A stretch of 64,000 nucleotides of DNA, taken from NCBI RefSeq assembly GCF_004010195.1, contig NC_057737.1:25547499-25611498 (forward strand), given 5' to 3'. Below the pieces are notes generated by a model. It ran no database searches, was not told where the DNA came from, and saw only the letters and a list, made by a program, of their open reading frames with translations. The translations under genes and the position numbers were made by a program. Shown here piece after piece: positions 63,430-64,000 of this stretch. The stretch comes from Chiloscyllium plagiosum (taxonomy: Eukaryota). How positions within the stretch are numbered: position 1 is the first letter of the stretch; each line of letters opens with the position of its first letter.

Positions 63430-63748
63430 GCAGTGCGAGATTCCTGCGACGTGCCCCAGAATGACTCTGAGCTTCTTCCCAGGGTAGTACATGAAACACA
63501 GCCTGATCAGAGGGCGAGGCTACGTCTGCGCGTTGAGGATGTATGATGACAGGGATTCCACAGCAAACAGCTTCATGGTGCAGATAAGAAACCGCGGATA
63601 CAGCCGGCAGCCGCCAACACCATCGATGTGGGCACAGAGGAGGTGGAGCGTCGCAAGATGAGCTGCAGCCTTTAGGAAGTAATTCTCTCCCTCCTTACTT
63701 TTTGCAGCAGCAGTTTTTTGCACATACACACTGCACAAGGCGAGAGTG
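63430..63748 (+). promoter_or_regulatory. CpG-rich promoter/5' UTR of KCTD7
   Basis: Sharp rise in CpG density immediately upstream of the KCTD7 ATG. Confidence 0.65.
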
Positions 63749-63874
63749 ATGGTGGTTATTTCAGAAGAGAAGGGAAGCGAACAGTCGGATGATACAATGT
63801 CAGGCTCCGATTCAGTAGACGGCGTTAGGAAGCCAGCTGCCAACCGACCTACGAATACCCTGACCGTGCAAGAG
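63749..63874 (+). CDS. KCTD7: KCTD7 first coding exon (not in the ORF track)
   Basis: MVVISEEKGSEQSDDTMSGSDSVDGVRKPAANRPTNTLTVQE followed by a GTGAGG donor; resembles human MVVVTGREPDSRRQDGAMSSSD..PQE (from memory); TPST1-KCTD7 synteny. Confidence 0.85.
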
Positions 63875-64000
63875 GTGAGGACGATGCTGCATTGTAGAAG
63901 CTGCGGTTCTGGTGGTTTTTGCGCTGACTGCACTGACCTGCATTCTTTCAGTGCTGAGGTTTTACCAATGAATGGATATCTCTCTAATTATCCACATTCG

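Noticed and set aside
63520-63933. 137-aa minus-strand ORF
   Set aside because: Antisense shadow of the GC-rich KCTD7 exon 1 region; no recognisable domain.
1-64000. CRISPR array, operon or other prokaryotic system
   Set aside because: No regularly spaced repeat-spacer units; the sequence is spliceosomal, repeat-rich vertebrate DNA.

Overview
Vertebrate genomic DNA, most likely from a shark (inferred from HE1-type SINEs and the CR1/HER1 LINE and Penelope families present). The + strand carries the coding part of TPST1 (protein-tyrosine sulfotransferase 1): exons 5869-6826 (ATG 5970), 10727-10925, 25617-25667 and a probable last exon from 57287, giving about 372 aa. The first coding exon of KCTD7 (63749-63874) lies at the right end, the same neighbour order as human 7q11.21. 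The introns are packed with decayed mobile DNA: CR1 LINEs, a second LINE family, two SINE families, a nested Gypsy-type LTR element, two solo LTRs, Tigger-like MITEs and at least two Penelope-like (PLE) families. The main structural signal is a set of about ten minimal type I hammerhead ribozyme motifs in PLE termini, with compensatory stem changes, including a head-to-head palindromic pair. Also notable: a CR1 with a twin-priming-type 5' inversion, a repeat-free UTR-like block after TPST1 exon 3, inverted SINEs around exon 2, and a CpG-rich hairpin region in intron 4. All calls are by eye; no searches were run.
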